Sequence record: NC_005066.1
Strand: one strand, 5' to 3'
Origin: Escherichia phage RB49
DNA: 64,000 nt
In this document: piece after piece, positions 54,681-63,857 of the stretch
Layout of the letters: every line of letters begins with the position of its first letter
How positions within the stretch are numbered: position 1 is the stretch's first letter
Position numbers and translations under genes: made by a program
The notes under the pieces: model-generated
What the model was told of the DNA's origin: nothing
What the model saw: only the letters and a program-made list of their open reading frames with translations
Database searches by the model: none

Positions 54681-54920
54681 GTGGTCTATAATATCATCAT
54701 TGGTGCTTTGTCTAATTTCGGAATGAAATTATTGTCAAAGTTAATTAGTGAAAAGATGCTCACTAAAATTTTCTTCTATTGCGCTCGTCGTCTTGCGGCT
54801 TATACCAATACGCCAATTGATGATCGTTTTGTGGAAGAACTTTATAAGGAGTTTAATAAAGATCAGTCAGAAGATAGTAACGAGCAAGATAAACCTAGTG
54901 ATAGTCAACTACCTAAATAA
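54681..54920 (+). CDS. small protein (79 aa) with hydrophobic N-terminus
   Basis: Track ORF between 37 and t (position of gene 38 in T4, no similarity). Confidence 0.45.
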   Translation: MVYNIIIGALSNFGMKLLSKLISEKMLTKIFFYCARRLAAYTNTPIDDRFVEELYKEFNKDQSEDSNEQDKPSDSQLPK

Positions 54921-54953
54921 GAGTACACTGTCATAGTTATCTTAGGGCATTAT

Positions 54954-55610
54954 ATGCAAGTTTCTGAAAAAGGGAAAGACTTTGCTATCTCAAATGTCCT
55001 GCGCGCTATTTTCACAACTAAAAGCACGGAGTTGCTCGTACTTCGTGTTTTTGCTGCCGTCGTGTTGTCCATATTAGCATTTGTCGTTTATAGTAAAAAC
55101 GAGTTATTTGCGCTTTATAAAGAGACTCGTTATGAGACTTATGCTCACATTCTCCAGGTAGAGAAAGACCGCAATTTTGATAATGCAGCACAGGAGCAGT
55201 TACAGATAGTTCATGTGTCGGCTGATGCCGATTTTTCTGCTGTTTTTAGTTTTCGTCCGAAAAACCTAAACTATTTTGTTGATTTGGTGGCATATGAAGG
55301 AAAGCTACCGCACACAATCGATGAAAAAAATTTAGGCGGATTCCCTATCAATAAAACGAGTGAAGAATATCGTAGGCATCTTTTAGGTAAATCCTATTTT
55401 ACCGATAAAGATTTCCAGTATATTCCATCAAGAGAAAAGAAATTAGAGAATATCGATATAGGTTTCATGTATTCTTGTCCTATATTCAATCTCGATAATG
55501 TCTATTCTGGTAGTATCGCCATTTCATGGAAGAATAAACCGGATATTGACATTGAGAATTTAGATACTCTTTGCAATCAATCTGCCAGAATCCTCGGAAG
55601 GATTAGATAA
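54954..55610 (+). CDS. t: holin
   Basis: 218 aa, collinear with T4 T (QLQIVHVSADADFSAVFSFRPKNLNYFVD..AYEGKLP, MYSCPIFNLDN, ARILGR). Confidence 0.95.
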   Translation: MQVSEKGKDFAISNVLRAIFTTKSTELLVLRVFAAVVLSILAFVVYSKNELFALYKETRYETYAHILQVEKDRNFDNAAQEQLQIVHVSADADFSAVFSFRPKNLNYFVDLVAYEGKLPHTIDEKNLGGFPINKTSEEYRRHLLGKSYFTDKDFQYIPSREKKLENIDIGFMYSCPIFNLDNVYSGSIAISWKNKPDIDIENLDTLCNQSARILGRIR

Positions 55611-55614
55611 CTTA

Positions 55615-55650
55615 AAGGGGAAGCCTTTCGGCCTCCCCTTCTTTTTATTG
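55615..55650. terminator. hairpin terminator after t (convergent genes)
   Basis: GGGGAAGCC-tttc-GGCCTCCCC followed by TTCTTTTTATT. Confidence 0.6.
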
Positions 55651-55893
55651 GCGCATAGAAGCCCCTGAATCGCATTTTGACGCTGTATGATGAAAACAGG
55701 TAGCGTACCAGTCATCGGCTTGTTTGTCTTCGTCAGAAAACGCGTAATTTCGTTGTATGCCGTTTTCTACTTTGACAAGTGCAATAGCTGTTTCTGGAAG
55801 ATCAATCAATCGGACAAAATCACCATCTTCCCACTCTACACGAGCAATATCATAGCCCATCTCAAAGTATACAATCGCTTGTTCTAATTTCAT
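55645..55893 (-). CDS. small protein (82 aa)
   Basis: Track ORF. Confidence 0.45.
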   Translation of the reverse strand: MKLEQAIVYFEMGYDIARVEWEDGDFVRLIDLPETAIALVKVENGIQRNYAFSDEDKQADDWYATCFHHTASKCDSGASMRQ

Positions 55894-56219
55894 TCTGGAA
55901 ACTTCCCGTAAACATTCTCTGCCAGCTTACGTGCATCTTTTACAATATCTTTCATATAATGACTATAATTTTTAGCTAGATCAATGATGCAATCAACAAA
56001 GAAGTAATAGCGTCGCAGTGCTACCAGCTCAACATCTTCAAGATGACCATTTTCTCCAATCGCTGAAATATGTTTAAATTCCTTTCGGATCGCGTCCATC
56101 GCTACATTAACTTCTTTTATAATATCTTTCGTATTATATGCACCTCGACTAATCAAAATTTTGGTTAGGTCTTCTGCTTTTTCATGAAAGTTGTCAATTT
56201 CAAACTCGATCATAATCAC
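55890..56219 (-). CDS. small protein (109 aa), paralog of 56328..56660
   Basis: Shared C-terminus ...DARKLAENVYGKF vs ...EARIMTENIFGKF. Confidence 0.55.
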   Translation of the reverse strand: MIMIEFEIDNFHEKAEDLTKILISRGAYNTKDIIKEVNVAMDAIRKEFKHISAIGENGHLEDVELVALRRYYFFVDCIIDLAKNYSHYMKDIVKDARKLAENVYGKFPE

Positions 56220-56262
56220 CTCTCATAGTTTCACGCTGTTGTGTCAACATTTTTTCGTGGTT
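56220..56262 (-). promoter_or_regulatory. early promoter-like element (TTGACA -35)
   Basis: gttgtgtcaacatttttt upstream of gene start. Confidence 0.4.
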
Positions 56263-56327
56263 TACTAATTCTATACATTGTAATAGCATAACCAGTGAAA
56301 TTTTCAATGATTCATCATCTTTCATAA

Positions 56328-56660
56328 TCAAAATTTACCGAAAATATTCTCTGTCATAATTCTTGCTTCGTCGATTATTTTCGTCATGTTCATGGTGTAG
56401 TTATGACCATTTAGTGCCTTAATAACAACGAGCAAGGAATCTAAAAACACTCGATACCGGGTATATTCTACGCTATTTGTGAATACCGATGTTTTCTCTA
56501 CTTTATCGATCAGATAGCCTAAAGCCGATAGCGCCTCGTTTACTTCCCTTGTTACTTTATCGGCGCTAAACAACACCGGATAAAGACGCGGTGTGATTAA
56601 CCGCGCTGCCTCTTTCAATTCGGTCGCTTTCCATGATTCATATTTGTCATAGTTAAACAT
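56328..56660 (-). CDS. small protein (110 aa), paralog of 55890..56219
   Basis: See paralog. Confidence 0.55.
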   Translation of the reverse strand: MFNYDKYESWKATELKEAARLITPRLYPVLFSADKVTREVNEALSALGYLIDKVEKTSVFTNSVEYTRYRVFLDSLLVVIKALNGHNYTMNMTKIIDEARIMTENIFGKF

Positions 56661-56672
56661 TGTATAGTCCCC

Positions 56673-57005
56673 TTACAGATGAAAACCTGTTACGATCACC
56701 GCATCGATCATACCGCTAGGAATAAACGGTTCACCCTCTTTTATTTCAACTTTGAATTGATGCCATTTCGCTAATACTTCTTCCGGTACACCCAGCGATT
56801 CGGCGTCTGCTTTAGTTTCATCCATAATCCAACTAGGCTGCATGAGAGCATAGTTTACATAGTCCATTTCTGGGGTCATGTCATCAATGTTAATATATTT
56901 GCAGTTGACGCGTTTCAGAATTTCAAATTCTTTATTGTCAACCTGTACCATGTATAATTCAGTAGTTTCTGGAATCAGTTCCCACACAATCAGTACATTT
57001 TTCAT
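56673..57005 (-). CDS. small protein (110 aa)
   Basis: Track ORF. Confidence 0.5.
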   Translation of the reverse strand: MKNVLIVWELIPETTELYMVQVDNKEFEILKRVNCKYINIDDMTPEMDYVNYALMQPSWIMDETKADAESLGVPEEVLAKWHQFKVEIKEGEPFIPSGMIDAVIVTGFHL

Positions 57006-57013
57006 AGTTCACC

Positions 57014-57382
57014 TCACTTAACAAAGATTTTCTTTAATGCTTTCAGGATCGTTGCTTCCGGCGCTTCTTCCGGTGGAGGAAGCAATTCTACCACTTCCTC
57101 TTCCAACTCGATATAGTCTACCAGATATTCTACATAGAATGCAAGTGCTTCCATGAAATTAGATGCTACATCCGATTCACCACAAGCGCCTACATGCATT
57201 GTATAAACATCACTGCGATCAAGTTTGTGGATGCTTCCCAGATAGTTTCGGTTATACCAGACTTCCCACACTTTCAACTTTCCGGTTTTTGTTGATGTTT
57301 TATAATCGGTTTCGTAATGATGCAATTGACGTTGCAGATCATTGATAATAACACATTTTTCGTAATTGTTTTGAATTTCCAT
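57014..57382 (-). CDS. small protein (122 aa)
   Basis: Track ORF. Confidence 0.5.
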   Translation of the reverse strand: MEIQNNYEKCVIINDLQRQLHHYETDYKTSTKTGKLKVWEVWYNRNYLGSIHKLDRSDVYTMHVGACGESDVASNFMEALAFYVEYLVDYIELEEEVVELLPPPEEAPEATILKALKKIFVK

Positions 57383-57392
57383 GATGCAATCC

Positions 57393-57584
57393 TCACTTAT
57401 CGTTCAGAAGTTCTAAAACTTTCTGTCGTACTTTGTCAATATTAGTTGATTCAAAAACTGTACGGTATCCCCAGCTTTGACCGTATGATCGCGAGCAATC
57501 CCCATATCCCCATTGTTCAATCTGATAGTATTCAAGGAATGGGTGCTGCCGAACTATGATACCATCGCGATTAAAAATTACCAT
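57393..57584 (-). CDS. small protein (63 aa)
   Basis: Track ORF. Confidence 0.45.
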   Translation of the reverse strand: MVIFNRDGIIVRQHPFLEYYQIEQWGYGDCSRSYGQSWGYRTVFESTNIDKVRQKVLELLNDK

Positions 57585-57610
57585 AATATAATCCTCACGT
57601 CAACAACTTA
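57585..57610 (-). promoter_or_regulatory. compact early promoter-like element
   Basis: cctcacgtcaacaacttatttt. Confidence 0.35.
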
Positions 57611-57895
57611 TTTTCGGTTGTGGTCACGATATGTTTTAAAATATCCCTCGTACCACGGTAAAATATCTGGATTTTTACCACTATACAGACCTTTAACCAT
57701 CATGTCAATAAGGCCATCTGGTGTTTGATAGTTTCCAGCTTTTATAAGCTCTCTGATTAAAATCTCTCTGTATATGTCTTTCGGATCTTCGTAATCAACT
57801 TGTATTGTGGTTGTGGTCTCATTCAATTTGGTTTCTGGAGTATCTCGCATCGCATCCCACCAATCTTTTGTGATCTTCATGTTATTGAATTGCAT
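57608..57895 (-). CDS. small protein (95 aa)
   Basis: Track ORF. Confidence 0.5.
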   Translation of the reverse strand: MQFNNMKITKDWWDAMRDTPETKLNETTTTIQVDYEDPKDIYREILIRELIKAGNYQTPDGLIDMMVKGLYSGKNPDILPWYEGYFKTYRDHNRK

Positions 57896-57906
57896 AATTT
57901 AACCTC

Positions 57907-58665
57907 TTACTTGCAAACGTATTGATCTACATCAATTGCGCCACCGAATGTAGGATGACGTTTTTCGAATCGAATAGTTCCGTCGTTTGGTTCGAAAACG
58001 GAGTATTCATATAGATCTTTCTTGCCAACATTCTTATAAAACCCGCCTTTAGTCATAACGGTTTCTTGTACGTTTGCTTTGTGTACGTTGTATTCATCAA
58101 TGTATACAAAATCAACCATCTTCCCATTTTTAATGGTTACTTTAAGATCTCCTGGTTGGTTTCCATATTTTGCATACAGTGGAGCTTCTTTAATTTTGGT
58201 GGAAATTCCATCTTTCATACTCCACTCATAACGAACGGTGCATTGATAGGTAAAAGTTTCGACCTTCGGTTCTTCCACCACTTTTTCTTCCTGTTTCGGT
58301 TGTTCTTCTTCAACCTTCGCAGAAGTCTCTGAATCGCTTTCTGACGCGGTTTCTTCTTTAGGTAATACATTCATCAAGTTTTGGATTTGAGCGTTGTATA
58401 CAGCCTCCAGTGGCTGAATCTGCCCGATATTGATCATTGTATCACGAACAGTTTTATTCCAGTTGCGTTGCTCTTGTTTAAGCGACGGGTCAATCTTAAC
58501 AGCCTTAACATATACTTCATGAAGTTTAGAATCAAGTGCGGAGATAGACTCATTAGCACAAATAAACTTCTCTGATTTGGTAGTAGCTTTAGCGCAATCA
58601 AAGGACGCAGCGTTAGCACCGAAAGCAGTAGCAGAAAGAACGATAGCAGCGATAATGTTTTTCAT
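57907..58665 (-). CDS. secreted DUF1311/LprI-like protein (252 aa)
   Basis: Signal peptide MKNIIAAIVLSATAFGANA; FDCAKATTKSEKFICANESISALDSKLHEVY resembles DUF1311 N-terminal motif. Confidence 0.5.
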   Translation of the reverse strand: MKNIIAAIVLSATAFGANAASFDCAKATTKSEKFICANESISALDSKLHEVYVKAVKIDPSLKQEQRNWNKTVRDTMINIGQIQPLEAVYNAQIQNLMNVLPKEETASESDSETSAKVEEEQPKQEEKVVEEPKVETFTYQCTVRYEWSMKDGISTKIKEAPLYAKYGNQPGDLKVTIKNGKMVDFVYIDEYNVHKANVQETVMTKGGFYKNVGKKDLYEYSVFEPNDGTIRFEKRHPTFGGAIDVDQYVCK

Positions 58666-58735
58666 AATATATTCCTCATTGTTTTGTCTTGATGGGAGTA
58701 TCTTACTACTCCCTTAATCCGGTGTCAACTACTTT
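58666..58735 (-). promoter_or_regulatory. PeSL-like early promoter cassette
   Basis: tattcctcattgttttgtcttgatGGGAGTAtcttacTACTCCC...ggtgtcaactacttttt. Confidence 0.6.
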
Positions 58736-58891
58736 TTAAATTTCTTCTACAGTAAAGTCTTCAATGTTGTTGTGCTCGGCGAACGTTGCCAGACCAGCAT
58801 TCCATGCATCATCCTCAGAGAAGAATACACCGTAACGTTCATATCCTTTAGCGCCTTCAAATTTAACCATTAATTTGTGAGTATGTTTCAT
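58736..58891 (-). CDS. small protein (51 aa)
   Basis: MKHTHKLMVKFEGAKGYERYGVFF...; track ORF is extended into the PeSL. Confidence 0.5.
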   Translation of the reverse strand: MKHTHKLMVKFEGAKGYERYGVFFSEDDAWNAGLATFAEHNNIEDFTVEEI

Positions 58892-58961
58892 TTTGATTCT
58901 CCTTCGTTGTCTTGATGAGTTTAGTATAGGGGATCGCCGATCCCCTGTCAACAACTATTTT
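58892..58961 (-). promoter_or_regulatory. PeSL-like early promoter cassette
   Basis: ttttgattctcc...AGGGGATCgccGATCCCCT gtcaacaactatttttt. Confidence 0.65.
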
Positions 58962-59174
58962 TTAATTTTTACCCGCTCGTGCATTAATACGCATTTTCTG
59001 CATAGCCATGATCTGGTTTACTGCTTCTTCTTTACGTTCTTGCGTGATAACGTGACCAGATTCCGCAAACTCTCCCGCAACTTCTTCTACGATCTCGCGA
59101 ACTTGAGAACGTCCAAAGATGCGGTTTCCTTCGTAGCTCATAAATTCAGTCACTACTTGCTCGATAGATTTCAT
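58962..59174 (-). CDS. small protein (70 aa)
   Basis: MKSIEQVVTEFMSYEGNRIF...; start moved to ATG after PeSL. Confidence 0.5.
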   Translation of the reverse strand: MKSIEQVVTEFMSYEGNRIFGRSQVREIVEEVAGEFAESGHVITQERKEEAVNQIMAMQKMRINARAGKN

Positions 59175-59238
59175 GTGATTCTCCTTCTTTCGTTTGGTAT
59201 GGGAGTATAATACTACTCCCATTTCTTTACGTCAACAA
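59175..59238 (-). promoter_or_regulatory. PeSL-like early promoter cassette
   Basis: gtgattctcc...GGGAGTAtaatacTACTCCC...acgtcaacaactatttt. Confidence 0.6.
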
Positions 59239-59400
59239 CTATTTTAAATTATTTTCGACCTTCACCCATTCCGCGTATTCTTGCGCGGCTACTTTCGGAT
59301 TTAGTCCGTCTTCGTACATTGCATCAAGTAATTCTTTGTCGGTGGGCTTATACCCTAGATAAGCCTCCACCTGATTTTTCCAAATTTTATACCAGTTCAT
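59239..59400 (-). CDS. small protein (53 aa)
   Basis: MNWYKIWKNQVEAYLGYKPTD...; start moved to internal ATG. Confidence 0.45.
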   Translation of the reverse strand: MNWYKIWKNQVEAYLGYKPTDKELLDAMYEDGLNPKVAAQEYAEWVKVENNLK

Positions 59401-59404
59401 ATTA

Positions 59405-59677
59405 TCACCAGTCAAGAGCGCGTGTCTCTGCGTCTTCCCATGCTTGATCCATAACAGCCTTGAAAACATATTCTAAAGTATCATCTTTAGAGAATCCGAA
59501 GACCTTAGACGGAATATCTTCAATTGCTACTCCCGCAACTTCTGCATTACGCGCTTGGCAATAATGCAACTCTAAGTTATCGAGATAGCGACCGCCTAAT
59601 TTCTCCATATCATCCCAGCATTTCCAGTAGCCTACTTTATCTGCAATTGCTAACACTTTGCTGTTTTTGTTGCTCAT
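59405..59677 (-). CDS. small protein (90 aa)
   Basis: MSNKNSKVLAIADKVGYWKCWDD...; ATG directly after PeSL. Confidence 0.5.
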   Translation of the reverse strand: MSNKNSKVLAIADKVGYWKCWDDMEKLGGRYLDNLELHYCQARNAEVAGVAIEDIPSKVFGFSKDDTLEYVFKAVMDQAWEDAETRALDW

Positions 59678-59748
59678 CTTTGATTCTCCTTTTGTCTGGT
59701 ATGGGTGTATTATGTAGTGTTGGATTCTGTAAGTCAACAACTTTTTAA
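59678..59748 (-). promoter_or_regulatory. PeSL-like early promoter cassette
   Basis: tctttgattctcc...tctggtatgggtgtattat...aagtcaacaactttttaaa. Confidence 0.65.
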
Positions 59749-59778
59749 AATAAAAAGCCGACCACAAGGATCGGCTTA
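59749..59778 (-). terminator. intrinsic terminator
   Basis: GCCGACC-acaagga-TCGGC hairpin with T-run on minus strand. Confidence 0.6.
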
Positions 59779-59786
59779 ATAATCAG

Positions 59787-60182
59787 TTACTTACTAAATT
59801 TCTTTTTGGCTTCGTCTACCGCATGAGATGCCAGTACCGCAGCCGCATGTGCACTTTTATCTGTGTTGCAGAGAACGCCCAGATAAACATCACGCCAAAG
59901 TTTAATCATCTCGTAGATCATATCAATATCATTTTCTTGTTTGTTGGCGATGCTATTCGTCGTTATCTGGTAAGGTAACGGCTTGATCTGTACTGGTTCC
60001 GCCATCGGGCTAATAGGTTTCGGATCTGTCATAATAGGTGCTGTTGTGGGCGGTGTTTTCCATACACCATTATTCCACGGTTTAATCGTTGTGTCGTAAA
60101 GTTTATAAGGATTTTTGTCTGGGTCAACCATCCATGCATGATGAGTACCCAAACCATTTGAAGTGATGCGTCGTTCAGTCAT
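59787..60182 (-). CDS. hypothetical protein (131 aa)
   Basis: Track ORF. Confidence 0.5.
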   Translation of the reverse strand: MTERRITSNGLGTHHAWMVDPDKNPYKLYDTTIKPWNNGVWKTPPTTAPIMTDPKPISPMAEPVQIKPLPYQITTNSIANKQENDIDMIYEMIKLWRDVYLGVLCNTDKSAHAAAVLASHAVDEAKKKFSK

Positions 60183-60185
60183 AAT

Positions 60186-60389
60186 TTATTTCCTCTCTGA
60201 AAATTCTTTCATCAAGCTGTCGATCTTTGCTCTGTGTTCTGGCGTGTTTGTCATCTCTGCTAATTTGCTCAGAGATTCACTGGTGATCCGGTTGGATTCT
60301 TCCAGTGTTTCAACGACCATTGGCACAATCTTTTTATTGTTGTACACAAATGCAATATAACCGCCTTCTGGATATTCTTTCATAATCAA
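60186..60389 (-). CDS. small protein (67 aa)
   Basis: Track ORF, coupled to gene 52. Confidence 0.5.
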   Translation of the reverse strand: MIMKEYPEGGYIAFVYNNKKIVPMVVETLEESNRITSESLSKLAEMTNTPEHRAKIDSLMKEFSERK

Positions 60390-61765
60390 CCCTTCTTAAG
60401 TTCTTTAAGATCTTTCTTATATTCCTTCATTGCGGTCGTCTTTGTCCAATACTCATATTCACTATGATGTTTATCGGCATCTTTGACCAGTCGATCATAC
60501 TCTTCTTGAGTAACGCTATACAATGGCATAGAAACTAGCTTATCGGCGTATGGACGCAGTTTTTCATGTCCATTGATGGATTGCATTACCTCGGACTTTT
60601 TCTTGCCCTGTAGCTCGATTTCGCCCTTAATTACGCGATCGATAAATTCGGCTTTAGCCATTGCATAATTGTATGCTTCCAGCGTTTCCGCTTGCATCAA
60701 TTCAATGCGTTTATCGACATACCCTAATCGGATTTCGACGAATCGACGGATCAGATCGCTCGCTTTCTCGAATACTTCTACTAAACCACGTTCGTTAACT
60801 ACTACGATATTCTGGGCTACTAACTGCGTTAGTTTAAAATCCTTCATGATTTGCTCATGTCGAGCGGATTCATCTTCGCTTTTGAAATAATCGCGTTTCA
60901 GTGTTACTTCAAATCTGAATCCGTCCTTAGAGCAACGGTCATTATACGATACAATCAGATCTTTTTCTTCCAGTGCATCCAGTACCGCTACATATTCTTC
61001 ACGGTCGAACTTATAAGGAACTTCTGATATTGTCAGTTTAGTCTTGCCGTTTAGTTCATATGTACCCTCAAGAATCACACCATCGCGATCATCTCGCGGG
61101 ATAACTTTACCTGTGAATTTCGGGAATTGAACACTAGGTTCTTTATCCAGTTTTCCGGCAAGTGCTAGCTCTGTGCATTCAATAAGGCTTTCCAGTGAAT
61201 GCGGTAAAATGTCAGTTTTATACCCTGTAGCAATACCACTAATACCATTAGCCAATACCATTGGCACAACTGGCAAGTAGAACGCTGGCGGGATGTGTTC
61301 CAGATCTTCGTGCTTAGGTGCGCAATTCATATCTTTATAGATTTTAAAGAAGTTTTCATGCACACGAGCAAAGATATAACGTGCCGCACCTGCTTTCTGG
61401 ACTAAACGCGATCCGAAGTTACCTTGACCGTCAAGCAGTGGAGTATTATTGCTCCATGTATTCGCCATGAGTGATCCGGCTTCTACGGCATTAGTTTCCC
61501 CGTGGTGATAACCCAACTCAGCAACACCAGATCCAATATCTGCCATCTTACGGAATTTCTTACGGTCGCCTTTACTCTTTTGCAAAGCACATTCCATAAC
61601 AAAGCGTTGCACTGGTTTAAGCCCATCCACTAATTGAGGAATCCCGCGTTCCTCAGCAGAATAGATCGCATATTCCTTAGCTTCATTATGTACAATGCTT
61701 TCAAGGCTGCGGTAAGTAAATGTGTTTACAATTTGACTAATTTTATCCATCTTCACCTCATACAC
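60386..61765 (-). CDS. 52: gp52 DNA topoisomerase II medium subunit (GyrA-like)
   Basis: RGIPQLVDGLKPVQRFVM matches GyrA/ParC N-terminal motif; 459 aa. Confidence 0.88.
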   Translation of the reverse strand: MYEVKMDKISQIVNTFTYRSLESIVHNEAKEYAIYSAEERGIPQLVDGLKPVQRFVMECALQKSKGDRKKFRKMADIGSGVAELGYHHGETNAVEAGSLMANTWSNNTPLLDGQGNFGSRLVQKAGAARYIFARVHENFFKIYKDMNCAPKHEDLEHIPPAFYLPVVPMVLANGISGIATGYKTDILPHSLESLIECTELALAGKLDKEPSVQFPKFTGKVIPRDDRDGVILEGTYELNGKTKLTISEVPYKFDREEYVAVLDALEEKDLIVSYNDRCSKDGFRFEVTLKRDYFKSEDESARHEQIMKDFKLTQLVAQNIVVVNERGLVEVFEKASDLIRRFVEIRLGYVDKRIELMQAETLEAYNYAMAKAEFIDRVIKGEIELQGKKKSEVMQSINGHEKLRPYADKLVSMPLYSVTQEEYDRLVKDADKHHSEYEYWTKTTAMKEYKKDLKELKKG

Positions 61766-62120
61766 GCTTACAAATCACATTCTTTACTTTATCAGATTTA
61801 TCAGCCCAATCCAATAGCCATTTTAACGGAAGGATTGACACAATAAACGGGGCAGCAATCAAAGCAAACATGATACACCTGATAATCAGGAAAACGCAAG
61901 TGACAAAACTAGCGATAGTGATCCCGACAAAACAAAATACCATAGAAAACAGAGTAATGATATAGAAAGGCCAGAATACCCACTCCCGCATCTTAACTCC
62001 TTTGTATTCTCTGAATTGCTTAAAATCTACAAACAACTCTCGGATAGACGCGTACAGGACCGAAAAATCATCTTTCATTGCTCTGAATGAGCAATCTTCT
62101 ATTTTAGAGTGACCTAGCAT
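61758..62120 (-). CDS. membrane protein (120 aa)
   Basis: Two long hydrophobic segments. Confidence 0.5.
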   Translation of the reverse strand: MLGHSKIEDCSFRAMKDDFSVLYASIRELFVDFKQFREYKGVKMREWVFWPFYIITLFSMVFCFVGITIASFVTCVFLIIRCIMFALIAAPFIVSILPLKWLLDWADKSDKVKNVICKRV

Positions 62121-62122
62121 TA

Positions 62123-62416
62123 TTAACCGCCTTTCATCATTGATACTGGAATCGTTTTCTGATTGGTGTATAATTGGCCTACTTCAATTTTTTCTTGAAT
62201 CACCACGACGTTACAATATCCACTGTCTTTAAGTTTTCTGATAATGACTCTCTTTTGTTCGTCGGTGATAGGATTGACTGTTCTCACCAATTCACCGCAA
62301 ATAATAGCACCATCTTTACAATTACCAGTAACTTTCATGCTACGACCGTGAACAACAACCACGTCACCGTAAATCACATTTTCGTCGTCGTATTTGGTAA
62401 TAACCGTGACCGTCAT
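62123..62416 (-). CDS. small protein (97 aa)
   Basis: Track ORF. Confidence 0.45.
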   Translation of the reverse strand: MTVTVITKYDDENVIYGDVVVVHGRSMKVTGNCKDGAIICGELVRTVNPITDEQKRVIIRKLKDSGYCNVVVIQEKIEVGQLYTNQKTIPVSMMKGG

Positions 62417-62461
62417 AATGTATACCCTCTAAGAAAGGCCGCGCAAAGCGGCCTATGTTGA

Positions 62462-62788
62462 TTATTGTTCTACAGTATAGCCGTTGTTTTCAAGCCATGC
62501 AATAACAATCTTTTCGCCAATTTCATCGAGCATTTCATCATAGCCATATTCTTTGATGAAAATCGATGGATCGTTATTGCTTACTACGTGCTGGATCACA
62601 ACATGTTCAGGAATTGCGTCTAGCAGTTCGCTATGATCATACTCATTAACGATATCTTCAACACTAACATTATTAACCAAATCAACATCATCCATAGTCA
62701 CAGTAACGCGACCGGACGGACGCAATGAATATTGACTACTTTCAACTTCAACATGTGCACTTTCGCAAGTAACTTTCATATCAACCAT
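62462..62788 (-). CDS. small acidic protein (108 aa)
   Basis: Track ORF. Confidence 0.45.
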   Translation of the reverse strand: MVDMKVTCESAHVEVESSQYSLRPSGRVTVTMDDVDLVNNVSVEDIVNEYDHSELLDAIPEHVVIQHVVSNNDPSIFIKEYGYDEMLDEIGEKIVIAWLENNGYTVEQ

Positions 62789-62802
62789 AATTAATTCCTC
62801 TG

Positions 62803-63804
62803 TTAGTAATGGCTAAAACCTTCGGTCACATCTTCAACCACATAGTAACGATGACAGCGCATTTTGGCATTCGCATAATCTTTCGGGATACTTACAACGT
62901 GACGCGGATCAACTTTACATTTAATGATTCGGCCTCGTCCACCGCCATAGTGCGGAATATAGTGTTTCGCTGCAACGTGGAGGCCATTAGAGCAAGTGCG
63001 ATCATCATCTGGGTCCACGTCTTTACGCTTCATTTTAACCGTGCGCCCTGGGCTATTATCAAACGTATGCGTAAAGAAATCTTTATAATCAACATCAACA
63101 CGTTTCCATGCATAGAAACAACCATCTTCCCCGATCTCAATGTCGTTGTGCTCTAAGAAGTCAAACAGACGATCTACGGCCTTACGGCTAGGGTTTTTCT
63201 TGCACTTCTCAAAGAAGTTCAGATAGTGCGTATATGGCTTATTCTCTTTAATCGACTCCACAACTCGACGAGTCAGATTATTATCAAGAACAATATTATG
63301 ATAATACACAATACCATTTTCGATACGGAAAGCTCCGTGATAATATACTTCAACCGCTTTCTTAATGTCAATCAGCGTAATTGCTTTAATGAAATCATTC
63401 TGTTTAACTGCTTCCAGTGCTTCCTTAAAGTTAACATGTGATGGATCGGCAGTATAAACAATGTCACCACATGTAATAGTAATAAACTTAGTTGAGGCTA
63501 TGGCTACGATTTTTGAGGAAGTAGTCACGGGCTTTTTTGCGCGTTCACCGCCTTTTCCTTTACTGGTTTTACGGCGTGCTTTACGTTTTTCTAGTGCCTT
63601 GCGACCTTCCGCTACTGCGTCTTTCTGAATCAGTAATACGCGGGAAGCAGTACGACGAGATACACCAAATGCTGCCGCAAGTGCTTCGCGGGTAGTAAAC
63701 TTACCTTCGCCCCACTGTTTAGCCAGTTTGATTTGTTTTTCAGAATCCAGGCATTGAACGTTACGGTCAGAGACGGTGATTTTTGCTTTAGTCATAGTAT
63801 TCAT
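62803..63804 (-). CDS. rIIB: rIIB protector from prophage-induced early lysis
   Basis: Matches remembered T4 rIIB segments (KAVDRLFDFL, EDGCFYAWK, TFDNSPGRTVKM, HPRHVVSIP, KMR..YYVVEDVTE); N-terminal HTH. Confidence 0.8.
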   Translation of the reverse strand: MNTMTKAKITVSDRNVQCLDSEKQIKLAKQWGEGKFTTREALAAAFGVSRRTASRVLLIQKDAVAEGRKALEKRKARRKTSKGKGGERAKKPVTTSSKIVAIASTKFITITCGDIVYTADPSHVNFKEALEAVKQNDFIKAITLIDIKKAVEVYYHGAFRIENGIVYYHNIVLDNNLTRRVVESIKENKPYTHYLNFFEKCKKNPSRKAVDRLFDFLEHNDIEIGEDGCFYAWKRVDVDYKDFFTHTFDNSPGRTVKMKRKDVDPDDDRTCSNGLHVAAKHYIPHYGGGRGRIIKCKVDPRHVVSIPKDYANAKMRCHRYYVVEDVTEGFSHY

Positions 63805-63857
63805 TCCTCTATTAGTTGGGCGACTATCGCCGCCCGATTCACATCATTATACCAGAA

